DNA of 63,634 nt, filler included, from Octopus bimaculoides (GCF_001194135.2; 4 parts of 4 records of this genome joined end to end with filler, not necessarily neighbours in it), one strand, 5' to 3'. Numbered from the whole stretch's first letter, positions 10,181-23,404 are shown. Numbers and translations are program-made. Notes: generated from the letters alone by a model not told the origin.

Positions 10181-12452
10181 ATATGTAAGACCATGCTACG
10201 TGCTCGTCCATGGATTTGAAAGCAAAAGTACATAGCTGCTGAAATCCAACCCAGCCACTCGTTAAATGTTATGCTTGATAATGAAATACCAGTTAAACCG
10301 AATTTAAGGTTTCAAATGTACAACTTGCGGAATGTGTGCGTGTGTATAAATACAAACATATATACATACACACAAACACACACATAAACACACACACACA
10401 CTCACATACACAGACGCGCACGCATACACACACACATGCACGTATACACATATACTGCGTCTGTTATACATAGACATATACTGTGTCTGTTGTCTGTTAT
10501 ATATATATACACACATACATATATTGCACATGTACAGGTGTATGTGCGTGTGTGTGTATATGTGCGTATGTGTGTGTATGCATGTGTGAACTTGAATGGG
10601 CACATAGTCGCACACGGGCACGTGCACACATATCGAGGAAAAGATTAAAAATAGGTGGATATAAATATAGGTACACCTCAAAATAGACTCACAAACACAC
10701 ACCTTCAGTCTCTCCATTTCTCTCTCCCTCCGCCCCCACACACATATACACACTCACACACACACATGCACTTGCTAAGTTATAGAAGTACATATGGAAT
10801 ATTTTTCCCGGAACAAACAAAACCAACTGGTGAATCGTATTTGATGAGTGCTGAAAGAACCCAGAGATATCTATACANNNNNNNNNNNNNNNNNNNNNNN
10901 NNNNNNNNNNNNNNNNNNNNNNNNNNNNNNNNNNNNNNNNNNNNNNNNNNNNNNNNNNNNNNNNNNNNNNNNNNNNNNNNNNNNNNNNNNNNNNNNNNNN
11001 NNNNNNNNNNNNNNNNNNNNNNNNNNNNNNNNNNNNNNNNNNNNNNNNNNNNNNNNNNNNNNNNNNNNNNNNNNNNNNNNNNNNNNNNNNNNNNNNNNNN
11101 NNNNNNNNNNNNNNNNNNNNNNNNNNNNNNNNNNNNNNNNNNNNNNNNNNNNNNNNNNNNNNNNNNNNNNNNNNNNNNNNNNNNNNNNNNNNNNNNNNNN
11201 NNNNNNNNNNNNNNNNNNNNNNNNNNNNNNNNNNNNNNNNNNNNNNNNNNNNNNNNNNNNNNNNNNNNNNNNNNNNNNNNNNNNNNNNNNNNNNNNNNNN
11301 NNNNNNNNNNNNNNNNNNNNNNNNNNNNNNNNNNNNNNNNNNNNNNNNNNNNNNNNNNNNNNNNNNNNNNNNNNNNNNNNNNNNNNNNNNNNNNNNNNNN
11401 NNNNNNNNNNNNNNNNNNNNNNNNNNNNNNNNNNNNNNNNNNNNNNNNNNNNNNNNNNNNNNNNNNNNNNNNNNNNNNNNNNNNNNNNNNNNNNNNNNNN
11501 NNNNNNNNNNNNNNNNNNNNNNNNNNNNNNNNNNNNNNNNNNNNNNNNNNNNNNNNNNNNNNNNNNNNNNNNNNNNNNNNNNNNNNNNNNNNNNNNNNNN
11601 NNNNNNNNNNNNNNNNNNNNNNNNNNNNNNNNNNNNNNNNNNNNNNNNNNNNNNNNNNNNNNNNNNNNNNNNNNNNNNNNNNNNNNNNNNNNNNNNNNNN
11701 NNNNNNNNNNNNNNNNNNNNNNNNNNNNNNNNNNNNNNNNNNNNNNNNNNNNNNNNNNNNNNNNNNNNNNNNNNNNNNNNNNNNNNNNNNNNNNNNNNNN
11801 NNNNNNNNNNNNNNNNNNNNNNNNNNNNNNNNNNNNNNNNNNNNNNNNNNNNNNNNNNNNNNTTCAGAAAACGAAACAATAGTTTCCCCATTCTTATAGC
11901 AAAACCGTTGTACTACACATTGATACGTTAGTTTGACCAAGAGAACCGGCTATTGCAAGCAAAAATAAATAATGAAAAAACAAAGAAACACATTTGGCCA
12001 AATTTGGACAGTTTAACATAATAGTAACAGTGTGTGTGTGTGTGTTTGACAACGTCGATTTTATGGAGAAAGTGAGCTAATATGCCGCACGAACATTTGA
12101 TCATTATAAACAAATCATTTGCCCTGGTCGTTTAGCAAAAGCCGAACGTACGTCGTCTTCGACGGGAGAGTCCATCACTATGTGTGTGTGTGTGAGTGGG
12201 GGTGTATACGTTTGTTGGTGTGAATGATGTATGTAAGCATGTGTAAGTGTGCTTGTGAAAATGACCATATATGTATGAATGATGTATGTGTGGTTGCATA
12301 TACAAATGTGGATGGGAACTGCATATAATCATATATTAATAGCTGAGAGATCAGATATCCCAAAATTGACAGCAGAATGTTTTGTAAAGCATGTTTATGC
12401 TTGGAAAAACATCGTTGAAAATTCTTCTATTGGTTGTAAGTAAAATGTAAAG

Positions 12453-12696
12453 CTCTTTCTCGAGTCATGCCGACACATAAGGGCCGGTTTGCCAGTTTCC
12501 ATGGCGTATACATTCCCCACCTGGATGTGACGCCAGTCCGTTGCAGGATTAATCATTTTTATCACCTGAGTGAACTGAAGCGACGTGAAATGAAGTGGTT
12601 TTCTTTAGAACACAGCGCGTCGCCCGGTCCAGGAATCGAAACCACAATCTTACAATCATGAATCCAATACCCCAATCCCCAAGCTACAGGCCTCCT
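12453..12696 (-). mobile_element. SINE D
   Basis: Aligns to 6624-6879 (CTCGAGTCA..GCGTCGCCCGGTCCAGGAATCGAAAC). Confidence 0.85.
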
Positions 12697-13644
12697 CTTA
12701 AAGGTTATATGAAACGATTAGAAGAATTACCGGGAGGAAATTCAACCAAAACTGAACCACGTCACAACTAAACAATCTCGACAACATGCACATTTCGTTG
12801 CTCAGAAAATAGCTGTTATCGATGGCCTAATTTCTGTGATGTCAATCGATTTTGTGAAGGTATCTAAAAGCAGCCAAAAGCCGGGTTTTGGTATAGAAGA
12901 AAACTATAAAATATAGCCAAGTCATCGTAGCCGTCACTACTAATATCGCTTAACCCTTAAGCGGCGAGTATCAATCGATGTCTGCGAAAATTTTAAAAGG
13001 ATACAGTCGTCATCAATAGATGTTCGAGTGTCTACTTTGTTAAATGCTCTTAAGCGTGAGCGGCCCTTTTCGATGGGAGAAATTAAGACGCGGCTATTGA
13101 AACGAATTATTCAAAGAGTCAGTAATAACCGCAATTTCACCCAGAACTTGTGCTGGGGTTGTTGCTTGATATATATAGGTTTCTATAAATACATGTGCAC
13201 TTACGTAATTACATGAATCCAGCGTTCATATAAGTACGTACATACGCATTGAACGTAATATAAAATAGCGCTTAAAATACCTATACTTAGTATGTATGTA
13301 TCTATGTATGTACAAGATTTTATATGTACATACTAAAACAGAAAACATTGAAGCTATATACCACAGCAAAGATCGCAACATTTCTAACAGAGATCTCTTT
13401 AAATCTTATGTTTCTCAGGAAAATAAACTCACCAGTTATCTTCTACAAACATCTTTTCATCTCGGAACAGTTTATTTTGCTATTTCATATTGCCAACTTA
13501 TACTTGGCCTTTTCTTCCCCTGTAGTTGTTATTGCTCGAGCATTCTCGACATTAAAATTGTACACAGCTTTCTGTTTCTTTTCTCAAATAAAATTAAGAC
13601 TGTGCATATACACACGTACATCCATCCATACATATATATGTGTG

Positions 13645-13725
<81 letters not shown>

Positions 13726-13740
13726 ATGTGTGTGTGTGTG

Positions 13741-13776
<36 letters not shown>

Positions 13777-14955
13777 TGTGTGTGAGCGCACGCACATGTG
13801 TATGCGTGAGGTTAAGTGGACTGGCAGAATTGTTAGCATGTCGGACAAAATATGACTTGCAGTATTTTTTCCGCCCCTTTACTTTAAGAATTCAAATCTC
13901 ACTGCAACCAACTTTGTTTTTAACCCTATTGGATGGATAAAATAAAATACCAGTCAAGTACTGGGGCTGATGGTATCGATTAATCCTCTCCTCACAAAAT
14001 TGAGTGTAGATTAGTAAAACTGCTAAATCGCTGGGTAAACAGCCTTTGTAGTCACACTTCTGTATGTTCGTATGTCTATATATCTCGAGAATTTATTCAC
14101 GCTCTTCACCCATGTACGTATATTATGTATGTTATGTTATGTTAAGTTATATATGTATGTAAGTATGTTTGTATGTATGTAAGTATGTTTGTATGTATGT
14201 ATGTATGTATGTATGTATGTATGCATGCATGTATGTACGTCCGTATATATGTGTGTATGTGAGTGTGCATTTCTATGTGTATGTGGATGTCTGTGTGCCT
14301 CTGTGCGTACAGTCTGTAAACCAGAGGAAGCTAATTTCTAGACTTCAACTAATTACGAGCTACTTGTTGCGTTTAACCCTTGGTATTTCCTAACCGAGTT
14401 GTTCTCTGATCAAAGGTATTCCAGTAACGCTCATTTCATTTTTTTTTTTCAGATACCGTATATTCAGAACCATATCATTATCCGATGTATTCCTCCAAAT
14501 TTTGAGAACAGCAAGTGTTATTTGAGTTAGCAATTCCGTTAATTGACAGAAAGAACATCCGTATAGTTATCTATTTACAAGACGAACTAAACGTCCAGGT
14601 AGTCTAAAATTTAAGACTTATTTGCAACCCGTTGGCCTGAGATGTCTCTTTATACCATTGAGAAGAAAGAATAGAACGATGACTCAGTTCATTTGAATAA
14701 CCCATGGAGGCATCGGAGATGTGGTGAGATGGGAATACCAACTCTAAGAGTCTTCTGCCCAAGCATTTTTCAGCTTCAGTGCAAAGTCCTTTCGCTTCAT
14801 AGATGTGGCGACAATATACTCCAAACGATGGTATTTCTTCTACCAATGTAACCTCGCCATTGAAGGGGATCTGGGAAGAGTTCTGATTTTGAGATAAAAA
14901 ATAGTAAAAAAGAAGGAACCATAACACTTAGTTGATGCTTTATTTATCGATAGTG

Positions 14956-15255
14956 TTGTTGTTGGCACTCCGACGCTTACGACATCGAGGGTTCCAATTG
15001 ATCCGATCAACGGAACAGCCTGCTCGTGAAATTAACGTGCAAGTGGCTGAGCACTCCACAGACACGTGTACCCTTAACGTAGTTCTCGGGGAGATTCAGC
15101 GTGACACAGTGTGACAAGGCTGACCCTTTGAATTACAGGCACAGCAGAAACAGGAAGTAAGAGTGAGAGAAAGTTGTGGTGAAAGAGTACAGCAGGGTTC
15201 GCCACCATCTCTTGCTGGAGCCTCGTGGAGCTTTAGGTGTTTTCGCTCAATAAAC
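14956..15255 (-). mobile_element. tRNA-derived SINE family C (head lost in gap)
   Basis: Near-identical to 23584-23877. Confidence 0.9.
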
Positions 15256-15887
15256 NNNNNNNNNNNNNNNNNNNNNNNNNNNNNNNNNNNNNNNNNNNNN
15301 NNNNNNNNNNNNNNNNNNNNNNNNNNNNNNNNNNNNNNNNNNNNNNNNNNNNNNNNNNNNNNNNNNNNNNNNNNNNNNNNNNNNNNNNNNNNNNNNNNNN
15401 NNNNNNNNNNNNNNNNNNNNNNNNNNNNNNNNNNNNNNNNNNNNNNNNNNNNNNNNNNNNNNNNNNNNNNNNNNNNNNNNNNNNNNNNNNNNNNNNNNNN
15501 NNNNNNNNNNNNNNNNNNNNNNNNNNNNNNNNNNNNNNNNNNNNNNNNNNNNNNNNNNNNNNNNNNNNNNNNNNNNNNNNNNNNNNNNNNNNNNNNNNNN
15601 NNNNNNNNNNNNNNNNNNNNNNNNNNNNNNNNNNNNNNNNNNNNNNNNNNNNNNNNNNNNNNNNNNNNNNNNNNNNNNNNNNNNNNNNNNNNNNNNNNNN
15701 NNNNNNNNNNNNNNNNNNNNNNNNNNNNNNNNNNNNNNNNNNNNNNNNNNNNNNNNNNNNNNNNNNNNNNNNNNNNNNNNNNNNNNNNNNNNNNNNNNNN
15801 NNNNATATATACCATTCCGTCATTTTATCGCTTCACCATTTACTGGATTACATTCACTTCTTCTGTGCCCACCTCTCTCTCTCTCTT

Positions 15888-15929
<42 letters not shown>

Positions 15930-17128
15930 CCTCTCTCTCTCTCTCACTCACTCACTTCCTCGCTCACAGACGAAGGGGATGATTCATAAAAGTGAGATCC
16001 TTCACTCTTTATATCAGTTAAACATATCGAACTTTTCTATGAACTGATCGCTGCTGACATAGATAATCAGCAGTTTCCACAGATATCAGATTTAACCCTT
16101 CCAATTGTCGTCTGCCTTTCTAGAAAACTGGAACAGAAAGAACCGACTCGTATCTTACAAAGCAACAGCTGAGTTTACGGTCGCAGGGTAATGTTCAGAA
16201 CGAGGTTGTAGCGAAGTAAAGGAGATGAGTAAGGCTGTAGGGGTCTCGATGTAAAGGTACGAGCTGAATTTGGAAGGGAGGAAGAATAAAATAAACCGTT
16301 ATATGATGAGGGATGAGGTAGAGAATGTAGGGAGTGTGTACACTTATAGGATATGTTGTGTGTGTATGAGGAGGGATGTGTTTATATGGTTCTTATGAAG
16401 CCTCTTATCTAATGAGAATCTTAAAGGCTGACTGCTGGTTATGCTGACACATTTACAAACAAAATATACATACACACTTACGTACAAACATTACATACAT
16501 ACATACGTATATGTGTGTGTGTGTGCGCGCACGCACAAAAACGCGCATACTTCGACTTACACATACATGCCTTTCTCTGTCTACGCATGTGTATAATGTG
16601 CGTGTGTATATATATATGTATATGCATGTCTGTGTATATATNNNNNNNNNNNNNNNNNNNNNNNNNNNNNNNNNNNNNNNNNNNNNNNNNNNNNNNNNNN
16701 NNNNNNNNNNNNNNNNNNNNNNNNNNNNNNNNNNNNNNNNNNNNNNNNNNNNNNNNNNNNNNNNNNNNNNNNNNNNNNNNNNNNNNNNNNNNNNNNNNNN
16801 NNNNNNNNNNNNNNNNNNNNNNNNNNNNNNNNNNNNNNNNNNNNNNNNNNNNNNNNNNNNNNNNNNNNNNNNNNNNNNNNNNNNNNNNNNNNNNNNNNNN
16901 NNNNNNNNNNNNNNNNNNNNNNNNNNNNNNNNNNNNNNNNNNNNNNNNNNNNNNNNNNNNNNNNNNNNNNNNNNNNNNNNNNNNNNNNNNNNNNNNNNNN
17001 NNNNNNNNNNNNNNNNNNNNNNNNNNNNNNNNNNNNNNNNNNNNNNNNNNNNNNNNNNNNNNNNNNNNNNNNNNNNNNNNNNNNNNNNNNNNNNNNNNNN
17101 NNNNNNNNNNNNNNNNNNNATATATGTA

Positions 17129-17149
<21 letters not shown>

Positions 17150-17171
<22 letters not shown>

Positions 17172-17390
17172 GTGTGTATATGTTTGTGTGTATGTTTGTC
17201 CCCCCAACATCGCTTGACAATCGATGCTGGTGTGTTTACGTCCCGTAACTTAGCGGTTCGGCAAAAAGAGACCGATAGAATAAGTACTAAGCTTCCAAAG
17301 AATAAGTCCTGGAGTCGATTAGCTCGACTACAGGCGGTGCTCCAGCATGGCCGCAGTCAAATGACTGAAACAAGTAAAAGAGTAAAAGAG
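17150..17390 (+). mobile_element. SINE B 3' half
   Basis: TGTTTGTCCCCCCAACATCGCTTGAC..GGCGGTGCTCCAGCATGGCCGCAG..GTAAAAGAG. Confidence 0.9.
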
Positions 17391-18034
17391 TATACTTGCA
17401 TAGACAAGCAAAATTGCATATTTTCACACAACAGAAAATAACTTGTGGCTGATCACTTTGCTAGAAATAGCAGTAAATTCTCCTTCGAAAAACACCATTA
17501 TATCACTTTAAAGGGGAAAAAACAAATTGAATTTTTGTCTAAACATAGGTTAATCCAGATAGAATTGATGTGTTTCTAAACAATAATGATATATCGATTT
17601 CATTGTAGCATTCAGTGGTTCAGTCATCTTGACTATCAATATCTGTCATGTTTTACTTGTTTCGGTCATTGAACGACGACCAAGCTGGGGCATTGCCTTG
17701 AAGGGTTTTCGTCAAACCGCTACGTTATGGGGCGTAAGCAAACCAAGTTGGGTAGTAAACGTCTTACCACACAGCCTACGTCTGTTATATATATANNNNN
17801 NNNNNGTGTGTGTGTGTGTGTGTGTGTTTGTGTGTGTATGTATGTGTGTGTTTACCTACACCACATACTATATTTTATCAACGTATGAAGAAGGAAAGGT
17901 ACGGTTGATTCCGTTGAGGTGAACTTTGCCTTTCATAAAGTACCAGTCAAGTATTCAAGCAAATGCAACTAAACTTCGCTTCTTATAATTGCTGGCGGTG
18001 TGCCTAAATCAGAAACCATTTAAAAATGAAAGTA

Positions 18035-18262
18035 ATAACGGCTTCAAGTATGGAGACAATGGCAGCAATATCTGAGGGGAAAAGGCTAGTCGATTACATC
18101 AAACCCAGTGCTTGGTACTTATTTATTGACTCCGAATGAAAGGCAAAGTCGATCTCCGTGGGATATTCAACTCAGAAAGTAAAGAGGTGGAAAAATGCCG
18201 CAAAACATTTTGCCCTGCCTGCCAACGATTCTGCCTGCCAACGATTCTGCCAGCTCACCACC
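18035..18262 (-). mobile_element. SINE A, diverged, with small internal duplication CCAACGATTCTGCC
   Basis: Family A blocks. Confidence 0.75.
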
Positions 18263-18857
18263 CTCTAAAGGGATAAAATGCAATGCAATATACATGGAGG
18301 GAATGAAAATAACCGAGTTATACATATGAAAATATATGTGTGCGTATGGGAGCGTGTGCATGTATGTATGTATGTATGTATGTATATTGGAGATGTACTT
18401 ACATAGTAAAGTGACCTGATCTGAGATCGTGTGCTGGAACGAAAACAACTGCAGCGTGGAAGGTGTTTATAAGCCATTTAAAAACACACAAAAGCCGTTA
18501 GATTCACTTCAACATTTAAATTTTATTTGCCAAAATATTTTCGTCGCTTTGAGAGCGCGACCTGTTCACTGACAAAATTATGTGCTGTATATATNNNNNN
18601 NNNNNNNNNNNNNNNNNNNNNNNNNNNNNNNNNNNNNNNNNNNNNNNNNNNNNNNNNTATATATATATATATATATATATTGAGAGAGAGAGACACAGAG
18701 AGAGAGGGGGTAGGTAAGTAGGTAGGCAAGCAGGTAGGTAAGTAGGTAGGTAGGTAGGTAGAGATGTTTGACATGTATGCAAATGTATAAATACGCTAAT
18801 CATTTTCAGCAAGCTGCAGTTATTCGATATATTTTTCAATCATTTCTTTTATGATAG

Positions 18858-18957
18858 ATTTTGTGATAACGCTCCAGACCTATTTTGAATCTTCTCGCAA
18901 ACTTCGCACAGAAATACACATGTATTTGAGGGATATGGTTCAAGAAATGAGGTTGGT
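18858..18957 (+). other. Candidate internal coding exon (D-FVITLQTYFESSRKLRTEIHMYLRDMVQEMRL)
   Basis: TTTCTTTTATGATAG acceptor, GTAAGT donor at 18958 (alternative GTTGGT at 18952); single open frame; no homolog recognised. Confidence 0.3.
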
Positions 18958-19159
18958 GTAAGTTTTCTAGAGTTCTAACAATTAGCAACAACACACCTAC
19001 CAATCTGGCGAACACACAAGTCAGATACATTACATTTTTTGGTACTGTTATATACAAAGACACCATCTGTAAAATGAGAGTCGACAACGATTTTTGTGAC
19101 AATTTTAGCATGAAGTTATAAGTTCATCAAAGTTCAGTATTCGGTTTTCTCCTATTTAT

Positions 19160-19460
19160 TATAGCTCTACAGGCCATCAAAGATGAGTTTAAGACTAGAT
19201 GTGCGTGGGAACTCCTATGTATTAAGGATCTAGTTTCCGTAGCTGCATCTATTATGAAATTAGTGAAGAAATTCTAAATATGGAAGCTAAAACTAGAATG
19301 GGGAGGACTTAATGTAAAATTAGCAAAGTCTAAGTTTTTGGCATATATGGAAGAAGACAGAACCCTGGAATCACTAGGGAAATGCCCTTGTTCGATATGC
19401 AGGAAAGCTATGGACACACAAGAGGTGTAGTGGATTCAGAGACAGGCTGAGAAAGTAAGC
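19160..19460 (+). mobile_element. RTE-clade LINE reverse-transcriptase fragment, highly decayed
   Basis: LQAIKDEFKTRCAWELL(C)IKDLV corresponds to the ELLYADDLV region; GKCPCSICRK downstream. Confidence 0.7.
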
Positions 19461-19954
19461 TTTATATGCTACAAATGCACTGGAGTAGTAGGTACAATGA
19501 GCATACAAGAAATATACTCTTAAATGCTCGGATGGCTCACTCGAAGAAGTCAAATTGTTTTTGTTATCTAAGAGAAATAATTAGTAGAGGAGGTGGTTAC
19601 TTTGAAAGTATAATAGTCAGAGTAAGAACAAGTGGGATAAGCAAAGTTCTTTGCCTTCAAAATAAAAAGCAGGTTGTATGACGCTTGTATTAGAACCGCG
19701 TTGCTGCATGTGTTGAGAATGAACCCACACTCTCGCTTCCTATAGCTCCATTCATTCCTGTTCACACCATACCTTGAGGGTCCACCAAAGTATCACATCA
19801 CAGCTCCACCCTGGTCACCTCACCCCACCCATCTCTTCTCAAATATGATTAGCCAACTGGCCTCTCAAAAGGCACCTCTCATATTTTAATCCCACTAATC
19901 TCCTAACATAAAACCGCCTCTCTCAGAGTTGCAAGCTGCATGACGACCTCACTT

Positions 19955-20120
19955 GTGCTGGTGGTACGAAAAAGACACTCAGCAGACGCTGTAAAGTGAT
20001 TGGTTTTAGGAAGGCCATCCAGCTGTTGAAACGCGACCAAAGTAGACATTGGAGCACGATGTAATCGTTGAACCCATCGAATTCTATCAAACCGTCCAAC
20101 CCATGCCAGCATCAAACACG
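19955..20120 (+). mobile_element. Probable RTE-type 3' UTR repeat
   Basis: TTAGGAAGGCCATCCAGCTGT..CAACCCATGCCAGCAT, recognised by pattern only. Confidence 0.4.
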
Positions 20121-20786
20121 TGCATTATTGATTAATATCTGTTGATGTTTCTGTAAAATTTGATATGCATGTTTATCATTAAAAAAATGTATACCTGTTA
20201 ATAATAAGCAAACATTTTAAACTTCGTTTTGAGATTTTTCTCTCTGTGGACAAAAAATGTAAGATCGATCTTACTGGTGTCTAGTCTTCCTAGACTTTCA
20301 TCAGAAGTAGAAGAAAAAGGTTAAAACAACATCCCTTCAGAGGAACTACAAGCTTACAACTTATTTATTGTGCATATTAACTCTAACACAGCTAAGTTTA
20401 ACCATCTGATTTGCATAATAACGTGTATGCAGCGAACATACTTAATTCATTAATTAATCAATGTCCAAAGAAGTGACGCTATACATGGCTACCAACGACA
20501 GGAAGTTTTAAGATTTTTATAATGAGTTGGTTAAAGAAAAATTGTGTATATTTTGTGCGCCTTCTTTACTCTTTGATTTATATCTCTAACTTCCCAACCC
20601 ACTTCAACTTAACTTAATCTAGAAAAGGTTGTCTCCCCTATGGTAGCTAACTGCCAGAAGTACACCAGGTGTATGAATTACGCAACGATTTCTAGATAAT
20701 TTAAAAGGAGCTGTACTGATAGGTAAACCTCTGGAGAACAAGGTATATCATTATTTTGTAATTATGTAGCTATTTAAGAAAACATA

Positions 20787-21494
20787 CAGGGGTTGGACAA
20801 AATAATGGAAACACCTTAACATTTCAAACAAATCTATTTTAATATGGGGTAGGACCGCCTTTGGCAGTAATTACAGCTTGAATTCTACGAGGTATGGACT
20901 TCTACAAAGTTTGAATTGTTTCCAAAGGAATTTTTGTCCATTCTTCAGCTAAAACAGTCTCCAGCCTTGTAGTGATGATGGTGGAGGATATCGACTCCTT
21001 ACTTGTTTTTCCAAAATGCATCATAAATGTTCAATAATATTGAGGTCTGGGGGACTGTGGTGGCCAGATAAGATGTTCAACTTCACTAGAATGTTCGTCG
21101 TGCCATTCAGTAACAACTTTAGCTGTGTGAATTGGTGCATTATCATCCTGAAATATTGTGTTTCCCGCCGGAAACAGTTCCGCAACCATAGGATGAATTT
21201 GATCAGATAAAATGCTTAAATAGCCTTAACAAGTAATTCTGCCATGAAGAGAAACCATTGGGCCGGCGGATTTCCTCTTTGAAAGTCCGATAGATCTGTC
21301 ATTTCAATGAATTTTAATTACCTTTTTCTGATGATATCTGAAAAGAAACAGCAATTTTAGCAAAACATATTAAGCCACACTAATAATAAATCAAAAAAAC
21401 TTTAAAATAAACAAAGCTTTTGACGATTTTATAAGATATTTCGAAATTATGATTCTATGATGCTAAGTGTTTCTATTATTTTGTCCAACCCCTG
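20787..21494 (-). mobile_element. Non-autonomous Tc1-like element (DD36E spacing), internally deleted
   Basis: TIR CAGGGGTTGGACAAAATAATGGAAACAC / GTGTTTCTATTATTTTGTCCAACCCCTG, TA on both sides; FQDDNAPIH..WPPQSPDLNIIE in reverse frame. Confidence 0.92.
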
Positions 21495-21861
21495 TATTTC
21501 TTCTTATATAAATTTTCCGTTTAGTTTTCCGATAGTACTGTCTAACATTAAATGTTAAAAAGCTTCTGCGATTTGGTCACTAATACAGTTCCACATTCCA
21601 AGGCCTCATTGACAGAACCACGTCGAAACGTTTTCATACTCCATAGTAGACGGTATTATTAACAAATAACGTATTTTCTGGCATGCAAGCCGACGTATTA
21701 TATAAGGTAAACGTGTAATGTAAACATTCAAACGTCGTCATTATACTTCCAAATCCTGATGCATTTCACATGGAATTTTTTGTCTTTCGAAGTTGTCTTG
21801 GTATATAAATCGATCTACTTTTTTAGCTGTCTATTTGGGTTTGTAAAATTCGGCTTATATG

Positions 21862-22033
21862 CACTAGCTTCGCTAGTGGTAGGGGCGGTCCGCCCCTGGC
21901 GGCACTTTCAAAGGGGCGGCATTTTTCATTCTGCTGTAGGCTATTGCTCTAGGCAATATTTGATTTTTGTGGGGTTCGAGGGCAGCAAACGGAAGGTCTG
22001 CCCCGGGCGGCACACACTCTAGCAACGCTACTG
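21862..22033. mobile_element. hAT-type MITE (172 bp)
   Basis: 8-bp TSD CTTATATG at 21854-21861 and 22034-22041; imperfect TIR CACTAGCTTCGCTAG / CTAGCAACGCTACTG. Confidence 0.85.
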
Positions 22034-22174
22034 CTTATATGACAGAAAGCGTCTATGTAGATCTTGTGTCATTTTTTTTAGATTAGTAAAATGAATCTTC
22101 TGCAATGTAATTGCTAAATACGCATACACCTGAGGTACGTTATATCATATTATATTACACCTTATTATATCATG

Positions 22175-22316
<142 letters not shown>

Positions 22317-22610
22317 TACTTAACATGAATGTATTGTTAGAATGCCGCAATTCTGCCCTATACATCTTAAGAAGCCATTTAACATATAGTTATGGAGCTA
22401 AGAAACATAGATATGTCGGGAGCAGGTGAGAAATCGTCCAGCATCGGTGGTGGAACTGGTACATCACGTGATTTCAGCGTGACTGCGCTTCATCAGCAGC
22501 ACGCATCCACTCACCACTTGCAACCCAAATCCTGCTGCCACCGATGTATATAAAAACAGTGATTACTCAACCTCTGATGCCGCAAAAAGCCAGCAGCTCT
22601 GTTAGGATTA

Positions 22611-22849
22611 AATATTAGCGAGAGAAGCAGTGTTAATACCGAATGGCAATCGTTATATCCAACTTAATGTGGATGATCTATTAAACGTTGCGGATCTGCT
22701 GCTAATATGTCTATGATTTTAGTACTATATGTCAGTATGAGATGATTTCTCAAAGCGAATACCGGAGTTTTATGCCAAACAATACACCCACGTTACATAA
22801 GTTATAAAGATTGCCATTCGGCATTAATACTTGTTCCTTCGCTAATATT
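22611..22849. mobile_element. MITE-like element with about 45-bp terminal inverted repeats
   Basis: AATATTAGCGAGAGAAGCAGTGTTAATACCGAATGGCAATC vs GATTGCCATTCGGCATTAATACTTGTTCCTTCGCTAATATT; no clear TSD. Confidence 0.7.
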
Positions 22850-22852
22850 CAC

Positions 22853-22936
<84 letters not shown>

Positions 22937-23404
22937 CACACTTGCATTTTCAGGCGCATACTCACTCGCCGTCTCTTTCTCTCTCCCTCTTTCTCGCTTT
23001 CGCTTTCTCTCTCTCTCTCCTGCTATCTTGCTTTGGCTTTCTCTCGCTTTCCATCTCTCTCTCTCTCCCTCTCTCTCTCCCTCTCTCTCTCTCTCCCCCC
23101 CTCTCTCTCTCGCTCTGGCTTTCCCTCTCTCTCTCACACACACACGCGCGCGGACACTGTATTCCTCAGCTGGTAGACTCACATATTTCAAAGAAAACCA
23201 AAACACATTCTAGAATTGTTTAACAGTAACAGTTCCTATTATTATAAAACAAGATTCTAGAAGAAAACAGAGAGAAGAAACATCAACATTTAGTGCAGGC
23301 TTTTTTCCAAATAGACACAAACACCACAAGTGCACATTCAGATGTCTGTACTTACATATATGCACACACTCACATGCACCCATCCACATACATACCTAGG
23401 CATA

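Noticed and set aside
12732-12863. Minus-strand exon with good splice sites
   Set aside because: Stop codons in all three frames
13296-13600. Hydrophobic membrane-like ORF in two frames
   Set aside because: T-rich composition keeps frames open; no homology or coherent splice sites
14453-14530. Strong acceptor TTTTTTTTTCAG
   Set aside because: Lies in a recurring repeat fragment (similar pieces near 27020 and 40430); no good donor
20259-20274. Perfect 16-bp palindrome (also 18 bp at 56096-56113)
   Set aside because: Isolated, no supporting context
20275-20305. CTGATGA followed by a hairpin on the minus strand (also TTGATGAGTGCTGAAA at 10841 and CAGACGAAGGGG at 15967)
   Set aside because: No GAAA after a proper stem II and no stem I; not hammerheads
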